A stretch of DNA of 64,000 nt from Camelus dromedarius (lineage: Eukaryota), in NCBI RefSeq assembly GCF_036321535.1, contig NC_087436.1, positions 87,112,001 through 87,176,000 on the forward strand, in the 5' to 3' direction. Below the pieces are notes generated by a model that saw only the letters and a list, made by a program, of their open reading frames with translations, did not search any database and was not told where the DNA came from. The translations under genes were made by a program, and so were the position numbers. Each line of letters begins with the position of its first letter. Positions within the stretch are counted from its first letter, which is position 1. Positions 12,673-25,195 of this stretch are shown here, piece after piece.

Positions 12673-14823
12673 AAGACAATACATGTAAAGCACTTGTAAC
12701 ATGGCACGTGGCAAGCTGGCTAAGAAGTGTCACCATTACTGGTAGTTAATGTCGAATGATTGTCCATGCGGAGCCCACTCCCTGATAGAACTTTGTCCAT
12801 CACTAGCGTTAGCCACAAAATAGTTACGTGGATTCTGAGACTGACCCCGACTTACCATTTCAGCCTCAGCCATGTGCCAGTTCTAAAGGGATTCTCCCCC
12901 TACCAGAGGCCAGCCACCTGCAGCCGACTTAAAAGGCCGAGCTGAGTGGTAAGTGCGGGTTTCTCCTCTCCCGGCCTGGGTCAGAGTGTTTACTGCTGAA
13001 ACCCTGGCTGGCGGGAGCCAAAACCATCTTATACAAATGTAAGCCTCCTGCTAAGGATCTCACAGGCCACTCTTGATAAACACAATTGATGGAGGTGAAA
13101 AACTCCTTAGCAATTTACTTCCACCTTCGTAAAGCCTCCTTTTAGAGTCCGCTTCCCAGCAAACACAGCAGTCACTGAAAAGTGTGTGGAAGTGCACCGG
13201 GGGTCCTGGAGATCTGCGGCAGCCAAGGGGTGTCCCCTGAGGGAAGGCCGGGGCCTATGATATGGCTCTGTGTACCCCAGGGCCCCCTCCATTACAGTGT
13301 TATCCCAATAACCAGAAATTCCACCAAGCTCACCGCAGGACTACTATTATTTACTTAACCCCGGTTACCAGAAACAGAATCCCAACAGCAAATATTACAA
13401 ATGTCACCTGCCATTGCTGCCCAAGAAACGTTAAGAGAAACTCCATCTCTATTTTCAAAGGGGTTTTAAAAGACAAAACCAGATGATGGAGGGTATTTGA
13501 GAAGGGAGAGTGGGGGATGGTTGCTGGGATCTTGCCACAATCAGTAATAACCCTGATCCTGTTCTCTTCTCATCAAATTAGGAGAGTAATGAGGACAGTA
13601 AGAACTTTCTGGAAGATTCTCTCTTTAGATTCTAAAGGGGGTGCAGAAAACTCTAGTTCTCCTGGGTTATTCATTGTAATAAATAAAGCTCTGTAATTCC
13701 TTCATGGCCTTTTCCAAGCGCCCTGTCTTGACTTACCGGCAGAGATTCGGCAGGGCAGCCCCATCCCCCACCGGTACAGACCTAGGACCAGGAGTTACCC
13801 AACTGCTCATTCCTAAGGGATTTGCCTACAAGTTTGTGCCTTTGTCCAGAAAACACATCTGCTTTCTCCCTCACACGGAGTGTAAAATGAAATGTCGAAA
13901 TCCCATTTTTCACCAGAACAAGGGGCTCCCTATAGATAGGCCTGCAGCTCCTGGACCTGGGGCTGGAGGCGGGGCGGTGGTGGGGAGCTGATGGGGAGCC
14001 CGCGGCCAGGGGCTTTTAGCCATCGCTGCTCACAGCACAGCGCCAGGCTGGCTGCAGAGTGTGCGGATGGTTTTGATTTGCAGCAGGGAGGAAACTCGAA
14101 AGCCAGACATCACGACAGACAAGGATCCGGTGCTGAGGCAGACGGGCTGTGGGCTGTGCTGGGCCCCCGCCCCAGCCTGGACGTCTTTATTACTGAGCTG
14201 AGACTGGAGGCCAGGGAGCGGCCGGCTGATGGCAAGAGCAGATGTGGCCGTGGCAGCCAGGCAGGTCTGGGGCCAGGCCCAGGGCAGCAACAGAGAAATT
14301 GAGGAAAGCCTGACAGGGAGCACGGGCCAGGGCAGGGAGGGCCAGCATCTGCAAGACAGGGGATGTGGGGGCTTTGCTCAGAGGACTCAGAGCTGTGAAG
14401 GGTAGGCCAAAAGCCCAACGTCTGGACTGTGGCATCAGGCAGACCTAGGTGGAGTCTTGAATCTGCCACTTAGGAGCTGGACCAGTACTTTGTCCTTCTG
14501 AGCCTCCCTTCTCTGCATCTGTAGAAGGAACTAAAGATGGATTGTGGGTTTGGTGTGGAGAATGGAAGTTACTTCAAACACCCCCTATAGTGCCTGGCAT
14601 GTAGGTTTTCAGTCAAAAGACAGTGATTGTTACTGCCTGTGTGAACTCTCTCTGAGCCTTAGTTTTCTCATCTTTAAACTGGAAGTGGTAGTATTACCTT
14701 CCTTTCTTCAAAAGATTAAAGGAGGTAAATTATAATCTATAATATAAATTAAATTATAATTGAACATTGTAAATGCTCAATAAATTCTGATTCCTTTATC
14801 TACTCCCCTGCCCTCCTCAACAA

Positions 14824-14827
<4 letters not shown>

Positions 14828-14859
<32 letters not shown>
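14828..14859. repeat. (CA)n microsatellite
   Basis: Read directly from the sequence. Confidence 0.95.
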
Positions 14860-14861
<2 letters not shown>

Positions 14862-16470
14862 CTCCCTTCCCTTACCCAGGTGGCAAAGGAGGCGTTCCCT
14901 ACCTAGGTGGGAGGGGACCATTTTTCAGGCCCTATGATTGTAGTTCAGAAATTTAAAAGAGAGGGATTAAGAGATGTAATGAAAGAGATGAACAAAATTC
15001 ATGAAATTATGAAGCTAAATTCATGAGAAGAGAAGAAAACGTGGTGTATTCTAGAACTATAAATAGTCAAGTCAGCCTGGGACAGTGGACTGAACTGGGA
15101 CTTGGGTGGTTTCCAGCTGGGAGTCTCTCTCTCTCCCAGAGTGGCCTCCAATAAAGCACTTTATCCCGGGGGGATGCCGGGAGCACTAGGGCTCTGAGAC
15201 CATCCCAGCCCAGACTCCTAAGATGAAGTATGAGAGACCGTGGGGGAGTGGGGGGTGACTGAGAGGCACCAGGGGGTCAGTAAGGGCAGCTTGCAAGGGA
15301 GGAGGAGAGGCTTTGGTGGGGGTGGGGATTCTGCAGACTCCTGGTGCAGGTGGAAAGGGGAGGGAGGAAGCAGTGTGTCACTCAGAAATGGATGTCCTGT
15401 GCTGCTCATCACCTTTGCAAGATGAAGCCCCCAGAAAAGTTACCTTCTTTAATCCCAGAACATGAGCAGAAGACCATTGTTCAGTATCTCAAGATGAACC
15501 TCTCACTCACTGGACATTACTAATACAACCATGTAGCATGAATAAAAACCAACACAAGCAGAATCTAGTTGGAGATCCTTGTCACTGCCTTTGGAATGAA
15601 ATGTTGTTAGCATCTCATGTTAGCACCATTCCCTCCCTGCCCCCAACACATAGCCCATTCTCAGAGGTTAGGTTAGGCTTGGAGGTAGAAAATTGCCCTC
15701 TGTGTAAGGAAGGTCTGGAACATCACCAGAAGGCCTGTCAAGAGCAAACAGGGCATTTACCCCGTGGGAAAACAGATTTGAAAGTCTGACACCGTCCCAT
15801 AGTAGGCCCTCAATAACTATTCATTATGGCCGTTTCCTTTGGCTGCATGGCCCCACGTAGGCAGCAGTAGCCTATATATGAGCTATTATAAAGGACTAAG
15901 AACACCAAATATAGTCGGAAGCCATTGATTCATGCCCTTTGTGTGAACTTGAAGATATCTCTCAAAACCCAGAGCCTGTTTTTCTCATCTGTGAAATGGT
16001 GGTGTTACCTCCCCCACCATCCTCACTGGGTTGTCCTGAGGATGAAATGACGTCAGGTATGTGAAAGCACTATTCAAACAAATGTAAGGTGTGATTATTT
16101 GCCCATAAGGGTGGTGACTCACTTCGCCTGTATGAAGGGTCTCCCAGGCCCAAAGGAAGCAGACGAGAGGCCCAGGAGTCTTCACATTTACACTTGGGGC
16201 AGGAGCTTCATGGGAGGGGTTCCCAAACAGCCCCAGATCAACAGCTATGAGCTTCTACAAAAGGAGAACAAAGTACACTTTTTGAAAGCAGCATACCCAA
16301 AGATTTTTTGCCAAATAGAGCCCGTATCGAGAAGCAATCGTCTTGTGGAGAAACGTGGTCTTCAAACGGCTTCGCCAAGAGATCTCATATCAGCATAAAA
16401 CAAAGAACCAGACATTTGTCTTAGGTTTACCTGGAGGATCATGAGGGAAATGAATAGATGTGTTAGTCTT

Positions 16471-16541
16471 TTTCCCCGCCCTTAACGGAGGCACTGGGGA
16501 TTGAACCCAGGACCTTGTGCACTGAGCTACACTCCCCACCC
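16471..16541 (-). mobile_element. Internally deleted tRNA-derived SINE (Vic-1 type)
   Basis: + strand ggaggcactggggattgaacccaggaccttgtgc|actgagctacactcccc lacks the ~20-nt central segment present in the other copies. Confidence 0.75.
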
Positions 16542-16824
16542 AGATGAGCTACTTGTGACTATAAAGCAGCAGACAAATTGCAGCTTATAACACTCACAGG
16601 CTGGGACTTCTGACAAGTTATTTCACTTGTTTTCACGACTGTGTCCTCATCTGTAAAATGAGGATGATAATAGAAAGCACCTCACTGGTTTGTTGTGAGA
16701 CTTAACAGCTAGTCCTAGGAAGGCATCATGCCTGACTTGACGTGCTCAAGAAATACAAGGTGCTGAGAAATACTGTGTCTGAAGGACAGAAGATGAATGT
16801 CTCAATCAGGACCAAGTCAGATGT

Positions 16825-17854
16825 CTGCTCTTTTCAAATGAGATTTATTGTACATAAAATAAATTAATTACAGTTAAAGCCAAAGCATGAGTGGCTTTTT
16901 AAAGTGCATCCGTGTAGGGGATTTGGCGGTTGCCCCCACATCTGTTCACTCGCTGTAAGATAGTGTTTCCGTCTGTAAGCTACAACTCGGCCAAGTGGAG
17001 AAACAACCCAATGTCATTGCTGGGAGCTATTTACACAAATCACACCAAAATCAATGGACACATTTTGTTTTTCTATACCTGATACAACAGTTAAAAGAAA
17101 ACTATACAGTCTCACAATTACTCAAAGTCTGAGGCTGAAGAGTTTGAATTCTCAACCACTCAACACATCCCCCACTCCGAGACTCATCCCGGGACGAGAG
17201 GAAACGGCACCTTCCTGCAGGCCCATAAGCTTACACATGTCTGTATATATAACATTTGGCCCATAAACTCTACCCTTTTTAGGGGTTAGGGTAGTATCTT
17301 CCTCCTTATTCTTTAACAAAGAAATCTAGGTATCCTTCAGGTTAGAAAGGCATTCTGTAAGGAAAAGTATTCCAGACACACACATCATACTTGGATGAGA
17401 AAAGCAATTCTTCCACTTGAGAGAGGAAGGAAAAAAAAAGAAGAAAAAAAAAAAAAAAAAAGAAGAAAGCCTGTGAATGCTTAACTGTTCTTTCATTCCC
17501 ATTGTAAATCACATCAATATATCTGGTGAATCTACAACTGACCATCATTTACAAGGTAGTTAACAAAATCTGAAGCCATCGTGCCCCCTCCCCACTGCAA
17601 AGGAAAGATGTGGAAGACATGTCACATATTCAGGGGCTGGCTCAGTGGGCTCGTTCAAGCCCTTCAATTCTGTCCCCCTGCTCAAGACAACGCTTCCTCT
17701 CCTGCAGCAGTTCCATTGGCCCTCCTGGCTCTCCTAGCTTCTCCGCTTCAGCCCTTTCTGGAACCATGAATAACTGCCAGCATCCAATGTTCCCGCTCTG
17801 GAAGAACCTCAGGCCTCTTCCTGGGAAAACCAAACCCCCTTAAGCGCCCCTGCC
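16825..17854 (-). other. RASL11B: RASL11B 3'UTR; poly(A) signal AATAAA at 16849-16844
   Basis: AU-rich sequence after the stop, with a long U-rich tract (+ strand A-rich 17431-17468). The AATAAA on the minus strand reads tttatt at 16844-16849 on +. The 3' end is approximate. Confidence 0.7.
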
Positions 17855-18325
17855 TCAGACGGAGGTGACGGTCCTGACTTTGGCAGAGAGGGCTTGCTTG
17901 AACCTCCTCTTGAGGTCCTGCATGTTGGGGGACTTGGGCCTGGGGATGAGGGAGGTCCGTCGCTTCTCCGGCGTGCTGCTGGGCTGCTGTTTGTGACTCA
18001 CTTCTTTGCACAGGACGTGGAAAGCATTGTAGACGTCGTTGTCGTTCTCACTGACGGACACTTCATAGAAGGAGCAGCCCAGCATGCTGGCCAGCTGCAG
18101 TCCGAGCTGAGGGTCCACCTGCTTGATGTGCAGCAGGTCAGCTTTGTTGGCCACAACCACCACGGGGAGCCGGGTGCCCAGGTGCAGCTGCTGCACGTGC
18201 TGGTGGAGCTGGCTGGTGAGTTCATAGCTCTTGTAGTCGGTGATGGAGAAGACAATCACCACGGCGTCGGCCCAGCGGATGCACCTATTCAGCTGTTCGG
18301 TGCAGCTCAGGCCGTTCTCGTGGAC
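17855..18325 (-). CDS. RASL11B: RASL11B exon 4 (coding part, 471 nt incl. TGA)
   Basis: Acceptor tttcag|GTCCAC; encodes [30 protein letters not shown]...NKAD...AKVRTVTSV*. Spliced CDS 142+57+77+471 = 747 nt = 248 aa + stop; no CAAX box. Confidence 0.97.
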   Translation of the reverse strand, partial: VHENGLSCTEQLNRCIRWADAVVIVFSITDYKSYELTSQLHQHVQQLHLGTRLPVVVVANKADLLHIKQVDPQLGLQLASMLGCSFYEVSVSENDNDVYNAFHVLCKEVSHKQQPSSTPEKRRTSLIPRPKSPNMQDLKRRFKQALSAKVRTVTSV

Positions 18326-19112
18326 CTGAAAGGGAGGGTTGATGCCAAGGTGAAGGGCGAGGGCTGGAGAGAGCCCTGGCCTGGCTGGAGAGAGAACTCA
18401 AAAGAGCCCTTAACAGGAACGCCAGGTTGCAGGCCATAAACAAGTTCTATCCCCCCACACTTCAGCTTTCTTGACAATATGTTGATCCAGCTGCACGGAG
18501 TTGGAATAAATAACAGAGCAGCTCACCACACTCAAGTGGAAAACTGACCTGCAGAGAACTCCATGCAGAGCGACTTTGTAGTTGCACAAAATGGGAAATT
18601 AACTGGCTAGACAGTAAGTCTGGGGAAGTAAAGATAGGAGCTGGAAGCATTTAAACCTGGATAACTGCCCAGTTCCAGAGGGAAACACACACACACTAGC
18701 ATGGCTCTTTGTCTATAGAGTAACTTTCCACAATATAAAAGTGATTCCAAGTGTTTGGAGACTATACCTAGATGTTTGGTTTCAAATGCCAAAAGCACAA
18801 ATGTAAAAACTGACCTTTTTAACCGTAGCAAGGGCATTTTGCCAATTCCAAGTGTGTCTGGTTTGGTCTCTCTGCTGTGTAGAATCCTCCTAAGAGAAGA
18901 TTTCTGCCCCGTGGCCAAATCTCCCAAATTAAGCCAGGCTAAGACTGACCAACAGTCATATACGACTGAAGTGTCAAACAACAGATAAAAGCCTGGACTT
19001 GACTCCCCAAGTTTCTCTCCTCCTTCAGCATGAGGTACTTTGAAAACAACTGAACAATTCCACGACCAAGTAGACTCCCCTTGACCTAGACGCATGTCTC
19101 AGAGCTTCTCAC

Positions 19113-19189
19113 CTGAATACCTGGAGTGTCTTGAACCTGAATAGCCAAGGTTTCACCCTCTATTTGGACTTGTCTTGTATAGAGATTAC
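19113..19189 (-). CDS. RASL11B: RASL11B exon 3 (77 nt)
   Basis: Poly-T tract then tgccttcacag| acceptor and |gtgaga donor; encodes (G)[25 protein letters not shown] with G3 motif DTPG. Too short to appear in the ORF track. Confidence 0.96.
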
Positions 19190-20341
19190 CTGTGAAGGCA
19201 AAAAAAAAAAAAAAAAAAATTATGTTCTTCCTTCTTGTTACTTTTAAAATATTGTGGGATTTTTTTTAACTTAGAAAATATAACCTGAACCAGTACACAA
19301 AATAAGCTATAGTTTATTCTATTTAATGGGCTTATTTCAGATTTTATTTTCAAACAAATGCAATTTTTACCCCATATTAGCAGATTAAATTAAAACTAGG
19401 ATAAAACTTGTAAGTTTTTGGAAACTTAGCTGTCTAATTTTAAACCAAGCTTCCATGTTTAGAGAATTTCCTCGAAAAAATGTTCTTGTTCAGCATGTGT
19501 AGGGTTTCTGTTTTATTTTAGTACTTGTCGCTCTTTGGCATAAATTTCTATTTTAGCCATTAGATATAATGGCTTGGTGGGCAAATATTGTTAGTGATTG
19601 CAAGGCCAACATTGTCAGCTGGAATAAAAATGTGACATAACATAGCCAACTCTACATCAAAGCAAAACCTTATCTTGGGATGGTTTATATAGTGCATTTC
19701 AAATAATCCCCTGTAGGTACTTCATGTGGCCTAAGGAATTAAATAATTTGCTAACAGAACATAAGCAGAAAGCCCTTATGTCTTCCCAATGGATATTCTT
19801 AATCACAGGGATTGAAAAACAGTGGCCTCTCATTTATGCAGGAACTCTCCCCCTAAAATTTTACCATCTAGTTATTTTTCTTTGTTAAGAAAAGAGAATG
19901 TTAGGTTTACAACTCCTCTCCTTTGGCCTTTGCGTTAAAAGGTCATCTCTGAAAGGCAGCCAGCAGAGAGGGTGACTGGTGGGGGGGGAGGAGCCAGCCA
20001 TCTTTTTTTTTTTTTATGACTTTTGCAGGAGTGTTTTGAAGGGAGAGGCTCTTGAGTACAAAGGGTGCTTCCAACCGGGGTCCCTATAGTTAAAACATAC
20101 CAAGAGGAATACTTTCAGGCACTTGATAAAATGATGAATGGGCTTGGAATGGAATGAGGCCAGATGGCAGGTGGGGGGGGGGGGGTGCGGGGAGCACGGG
20201 AGAGGGCAAGCAAAGTTGGAAGTGGCAGGATCCTGGTGCTCAGACTGTCACTCTGAAGAACCTGCCTGGTAGACACTAAAAAAATGGGAACAGCAGTACT
20301 GGTGCAAGCTGACAGCATTTTCTTCAAATACATTTCCTCAC

Positions 20342-20398
20342 CTGCATTCCTTTCGTAGTCACCGATGAATCGTTTGGTGAGGAACCGGACCACCAGAG
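20342..20398 (-). CDS. RASL11B: RASL11B exon 2 (57 nt)
   Basis: Acceptor ctgcag| and donor |gtgagg; encodes (A)LVVRFLTKRFIGDYERNA(G), the switch I region; phases fit exons 1 and 3. Confidence 0.97.
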
Positions 20399-21044
20399 CT
20401 GCAGGTCAGAAAAGAGAAAGGGAAGAGGGTTAACCTTGGCACAAGAAGCTAGATTGGTCTTCACCCCACCCCCAGCCTGAAAAATAACTCTCTCCTAGAA
20501 AGCCAGTCGGCCACCAAGTGAAATTCCTACCGTGCAGCTAGCTCCTTGACCCTTCTTCCAGACACAACGGAGAGGGGGCCAGAAGGCATCATGAATTATG
20601 GCTATGTCCAGCTGGAAGGGTCATTTGGCCCACCCCCATCCTTTGAGCCCGGCCGAGCCACACCTAACCCTTCCCGCAGACAAATGTCTTTCCTAACCTT
20701 AAAGATCTCCAGGGGGGGTTACGTTCACTAACTCCTCTTTCGGTGTGCTGCACTGTCAGAGGCTCAAGAACCCGAAAATTCGAATCTCAGTTGTGCGGAT
20801 GGTGTAGAGGGTCGACTGGCCATTCAGGACCACAGTTTGTTTCCCTCATCTGATGAAGGAGAGGGTTGGAAACGATGACGGCTAGGGTCCCACCCGAGGG
20901 ACAGCGGATCAATGGAAGAGGGTGGGCGGTCCAGTTGCAGCTCTCATTTCTCCCCCATGCCTCATTTAACCACAACTTCCAGAGGAGGCCGCCCAACTCT
21001 AGCCCCGGAGATAAGCAGGTTCTCGCCGGAGCTCAAGGACTTAC

Positions 21045-21186
21045 CGGTCTTACCCACACCGCTGGCCCCCACCACGGCGATCTTGACCAGGCGACGGCCC
21101 GCCGCCCCCAGGCAGCAATCGGCGGCGGCTGCGCTGCCCGGGGCGGGGTACTCGGCGATGGTGCACATGTTCTGAATGAGGCGCAT
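21045..21186 (-). CDS. RASL11B: RASL11B exon 1 (coding part, 142 nt)
   Basis: ATG at 21186-21184; [47 protein letters not shown] includes the P-loop G1 motif; donor G|gtaagt at 21045/21044. Confidence 0.97.
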
Positions 21187-21519
21187 CGCCGCTTCGGCCG
21201 GGGCTGCACCGCGAGGGACGGGACCAGAGCGACGGGAGAGGCTTGCACTGCGCGGGAGAGGGCAGTTGGACCCGGCAGGGGGCTCCGCCGTTAAAAAAAA
21301 AAAAAAAATGCCCTGGAGCGCGCGCGGCGAGCAGCTCGTTAGGTCTCAGGCTCCCGGCTGGGACAGCACCGGGCTGCGCGCGCGCTGTTTTCTCTGGGGC
21401 TGGCCCCGCCCCATGCCTCCCGCGGCCAATCCTGGGGCGCCCGGCGCAAGGCCCCGCCCCCGGCGCCACCAGCGCGCGCCGCGCCACTGGGGTCGCCCGG
21501 AGCCAGCGCTGGGCCCCGT

Positions 21520-21630
21520 GAGGCGCGAGGATAATGGGGCAGCCGACCCAGGAGGTGGGCAACGTGTGGGCCGGAGGCGCGAGGATAATGGGGCAGCCGA
21601 CCCAGGAGGTGGGCAACGTGTGGGCCGGAG
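21520..21630. repeat. Perfect 54-bp tandem duplication in the RASL11B promoter
   Basis: gaggcgcgaggataatggggcagccgacccaggaggtgggcaacgtgtgggccg occurs at 21520-21573 and 21574-21627, followed by gag. Confidence 0.95.
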
Positions 21631-23722
21631 CCGACCGCGCAGCCAATGGCGGGCGCCGGGGAGGGCAGCTGCTGCGCCGGCACGGGGCAGATGCTGTGGC
21701 TCCGGGGTTGTGGGCGCCTCGTGTTCCAGGAAACGGGGCGCGGTCCGGGAGCAGCCGTCAGGGAAGCCTGCCGGCCTTGTCCGCCTGCCTGCCCGGGAGG
21801 GCGCGGCCTCGGCCCCCCATTAGCATTCGCAGGCGTCTGCACCGGCCTGGATGCCCAGCCCGTCCGCCTACTCCCTGCAGCCTACTGACCTGTCAGCCCC
21901 GCCCTGCCCACCCTCAGGGAACCAAGCCCAGGAGGCCAGCGCCTCTAGGGTGTGAACGCTCAGGGTCGCCCGTCCGGGTGGCCGGCTCCTTAATTTGGGG
22001 CGTGATTGCACTGACTTGGTTGCATCCGGAGTGCCATCCCGGATCATAGATTTGGCCACAATGGCGATCAGTAACAAAGACCCCTACCCACTCCCCCGAA
22101 ATGTGACTTTGACTTTGGGGGGGAAATAATGTCACCCCTTTTGCTCTAGCTCTTGTCAGCAGGGTGGCACTCACCGACACCCGCCCTCTGACAAGCTCAC
22201 GTGAACAAGCAAACGGTCGGGTGTATGTACAGCACACCCAGAGGCAAATCAAGAAGTAATTATAGAACAAGCTTTCTAGCTCCTCACACACAGTCGCACT
22301 TCTTCCTCCAAGAGCTGCGAAAAGGAAAGAAACAGCCCAGCTGTCTCTGGATACTGACTGGATTGGGAGGCAGAAACTGGACCTTAGTCTGCACTTAGTC
22401 TCTAGTCAGGAGGAATGGCAAGATTAGTTAAGTGACTTGATGTCAATTTGTGCTCATAAAATCCCAAGCTCCAGCCCCTTACATTCTTGCCAAGGAAAGA
22501 CATCTTCAATGGTAGGCTGAATTCTCCATCCAAGCAACATTCCATAAGCTGGAACTGACTGCAGAATGTCACCAGACACTCAGGCTGACCACCTCCCCAT
22601 CCCCTCATCTCTCCGCCTCTCCCCCCACCCTTCTAACCTTGTGGGCCCCCAAATGTTCCAGAAGCTTTTATCCAAGAGGCATAAGACAACAAACACTGTG
22701 GTATTGGGTCCACACCCACATTAAAGGTTGAAACGTAAAAGGAAAGTAAACCAATTTCCTTATCTACACGTCAGGCATCTAGTTTGACTCCCCCTTCCAA
22801 CCTTGACTTAACTGACCAGATATGTAACAGAATTTATGATTCTGACCCAGCTCAGATGCTGAGATGAACCCTCTGGCCGATCACAGTTTAGGTGTTTTCA
22901 AGAATTCAAGGGAGAAATAGAAGAGCAATCTCAAATTGCTTGGCAGCAAGTCTTCTAGGACGGACAATGTGATTAGCAAGACACACACCTTAACAAGAAA
23001 CGTAATGAAAGGCTGACTTCTAGGGAGGTCACAAGAAGGAAAGAAATTCAGCCATTTGAGTCAGAAAGGAAAAGAGTACATCCAAAATGCACTCTGTTTT
23101 TCTGCATGGTTTAAATCAAACTTGAATTTTGCTGTTCTATAAAATCAAACTTAGTAAGACTATAATTACAGGTAACCATGTACTTTTAAACCCCTACCCC
23201 ACCAAAAAAGCCTGTAATTCGACCATGCTTACATGGTAAAATTATTATGTAGTCTAAAGTTTTTGTTTAATTGCTTTTTACACACACAGACATGATAAAA
23301 GTTGTCAAGAGGAATTTTGCTTTGAATCATTTTAACTTCTTGATTTTCAGTACCATGAGCCAGAACCAAGCCTATGATTTTCCTGTCTGAAGCACAAAGG
23401 CTGAATTTGGTATTCTTATTTTAGGTCTAAATGATCTGGCTGTGCTTTAAGAACCAGAAATGAAAGAAAGAGGAGAAAAGCTCTTGAAATTCCAAACATC
23501 TAGCAAATAGGCCACCTCCACCGCACCCAGCCTCAGAGGATGATACTGAGAGTTACCCCTTCTTGGAAATTCATAGAATTAATAAAAAGGACGGGGAAGG
23601 GACAGGAGAATTGATAAACATTAAAGGCTTGTTTTATTCCAGGCTGTGGATTAGGGATTTAGCAAACAAAAATCTCCTTTACCTTCTTGACGGTCCTATG
23701 AGGCAGAAGTCATCATTACTTC

Positions 23723-24218
23723 CTGTTGCAGTTTTCCATTGCTACTTGGTAAACCACCCGAAACCTTCGTGGCTCACAGTTCTGTGGGCTGACTGCTCAG
23801 CTGGGCAGTGTTCCCTTGGGGTCTCTCGTGTTGTTGCAGTCTGATGGCAGCTGGAGCTGGAGTCATCTGAAGCCTCATCTGGGCACATCTGAGATGGAGT
23901 CTTCACTGACATATCTGCCTTTCAGATGGAATGGCTGGAACAGCTGGGACCAGCCAGCATCTCTCTCTACCCTGCCTCCCAGTGTGGTTGGCTCAGGCTT
24001 CCTCACAGCATGGCTTCCCTTAGAAGGAGTATTCTAAGAAAGGAAGTGAAAGCTGTCAGTCTCTTTACGCCCATGCATGGAAACTGGCACAGCATCACGT
24101 CTGCTGTATCTGTTGGTCCATGCCAGAGCCCACCCAGATTAAAGGGCAAGGAGCACAGAGCCCATCTTTAGGTGGGAGCAGTGTCAAAGAATTTGTGGCC
24201 ATCTGTAATTCACCACCA
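23723..24218 (-). mobile_element. MaLR LTR (older MLT1 subfamily)
   Basis: ctcacagttctgtgggctgactg.tcagctgggcag, agctggagctggagtcatctgaag, cccagattaaagggc, aaagaatttgtggccatct. Confidence 0.7.
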
Positions 24219-24789
24219 TTCAGTTTTATAAATGAGAAAACAAAGTTTCACGTTAAAAATTCCTCCAAGGCCATATGTCCTATAAAGGACAGAGCCAAAA
24301 TCTGAAAAAGATGAATACCTTAAATAAAATCCAGGATGTTCACGGTGAGATAGTCTCCTATGATGCAACACTGCAGTGGTTAAACTGCTTTCTCTTGCTC
24401 TCTCCCTCTTTGGTTAACATTAACACACTAGAAATGGAAAGAAGGCCGAGTGTGAACTCACCATTTCTTCCACACTTCTCCACCATCCCAAAGAACATAA
24501 AAGCCCAGAAAAGGAGAGATTGGGCCCTGCCAGTCATTTAATTTTCAATTATAAAAGAGTATGATGAAGTTCTTTTTCAGTTGATTGTTTTGAGACCACT
24601 GTTCAAGACCACTATTTTCATTGCTTTTCTGTACTATGTATTGACACTTAGCTCTGCTTTATAGAACTGTTTTCCTACAGCCTGGCACAGGGAGTATTTA
24701 TTGATGTTACTTGCTCAGATATTTTTCCATTCTTTAATAAGAGTACCCCAATTTTGCTTTGGAAACCTCTCCTGCTTCATTCTTCTGTT

Positions 24790-25195
24790 GCTCTGGCGAT
24801 GGTGGTGGGGAGACACCCATCCCTAATTCCAGGAGTCGATACCAGTAAGCCACAGGGATTCATTCAGGGCTGGGCCAGTGAAATACCTCCCAGAGAGTTT
24901 TGCTGGGGAAAGGGGTTCTTCACTTGCACTGGTGTTAATCAGCTGGTAGAAAGTGAGCGAGGAGCCCCAGGTAGCCATCCTGCCACCTTGTGGGGGAGTC
25001 AGGCTCAGAATGAAGCCAACCCAGAAGAAAGCAGTTGAAAGGCAGAGAGGCCAGGACCCTGATGGCATCTTTTCCTGCCCTGCATTCAGCCACACCTGAA
25101 AATCCAGACACCCCTTACAATTCTCAGTTACAGGAGTCAACACAGTTGCTTTTGAGAGTATGCCAGTTTGAGTTGGATCTCTGTCACCTCTACTG
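24790..25195 (+). mobile_element. MaLR LTR (older MLT1 subfamily)
   Basis: gaatgaagccaac.cagaagaaagcag, cagccacacctgaa, ccagtttgagttgg.tctctgtcac. Confidence 0.6.

Larger units (their letters stand above)
21000..21990 (-). promoter_or_regulatory. RASL11B: CpG island / RASL11B promoter and 5'UTR
   Basis: Very high GC and CpG density around exon 1; GC boxes (ggccccgccc ~21402-21411 and ~21450-21460); CCAAT at 21426-21430 and 21643-21647; no clear TATA box. Confidence 0.88.

Noticed and set aside
17894..18439. 181-aa + strand ORF
   Set aside because: Antisense shadow of RASL11B exon 4.
20115..20341. ORF extensions beyond RASL11B exon 2 (and beyond exon 1, 20962-21044)
   Set aside because: Intronic read-through past canonical GT donor sites.
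21050..22049. Long overlapping ORFs (167-215 aa) on both strands of the CpG island
   Set aside because: They result from stop-codon scarcity in GC-rich DNA plus the in-frame 54-bp duplication; low-complexity A/G/P/R composition and no recognisable family.
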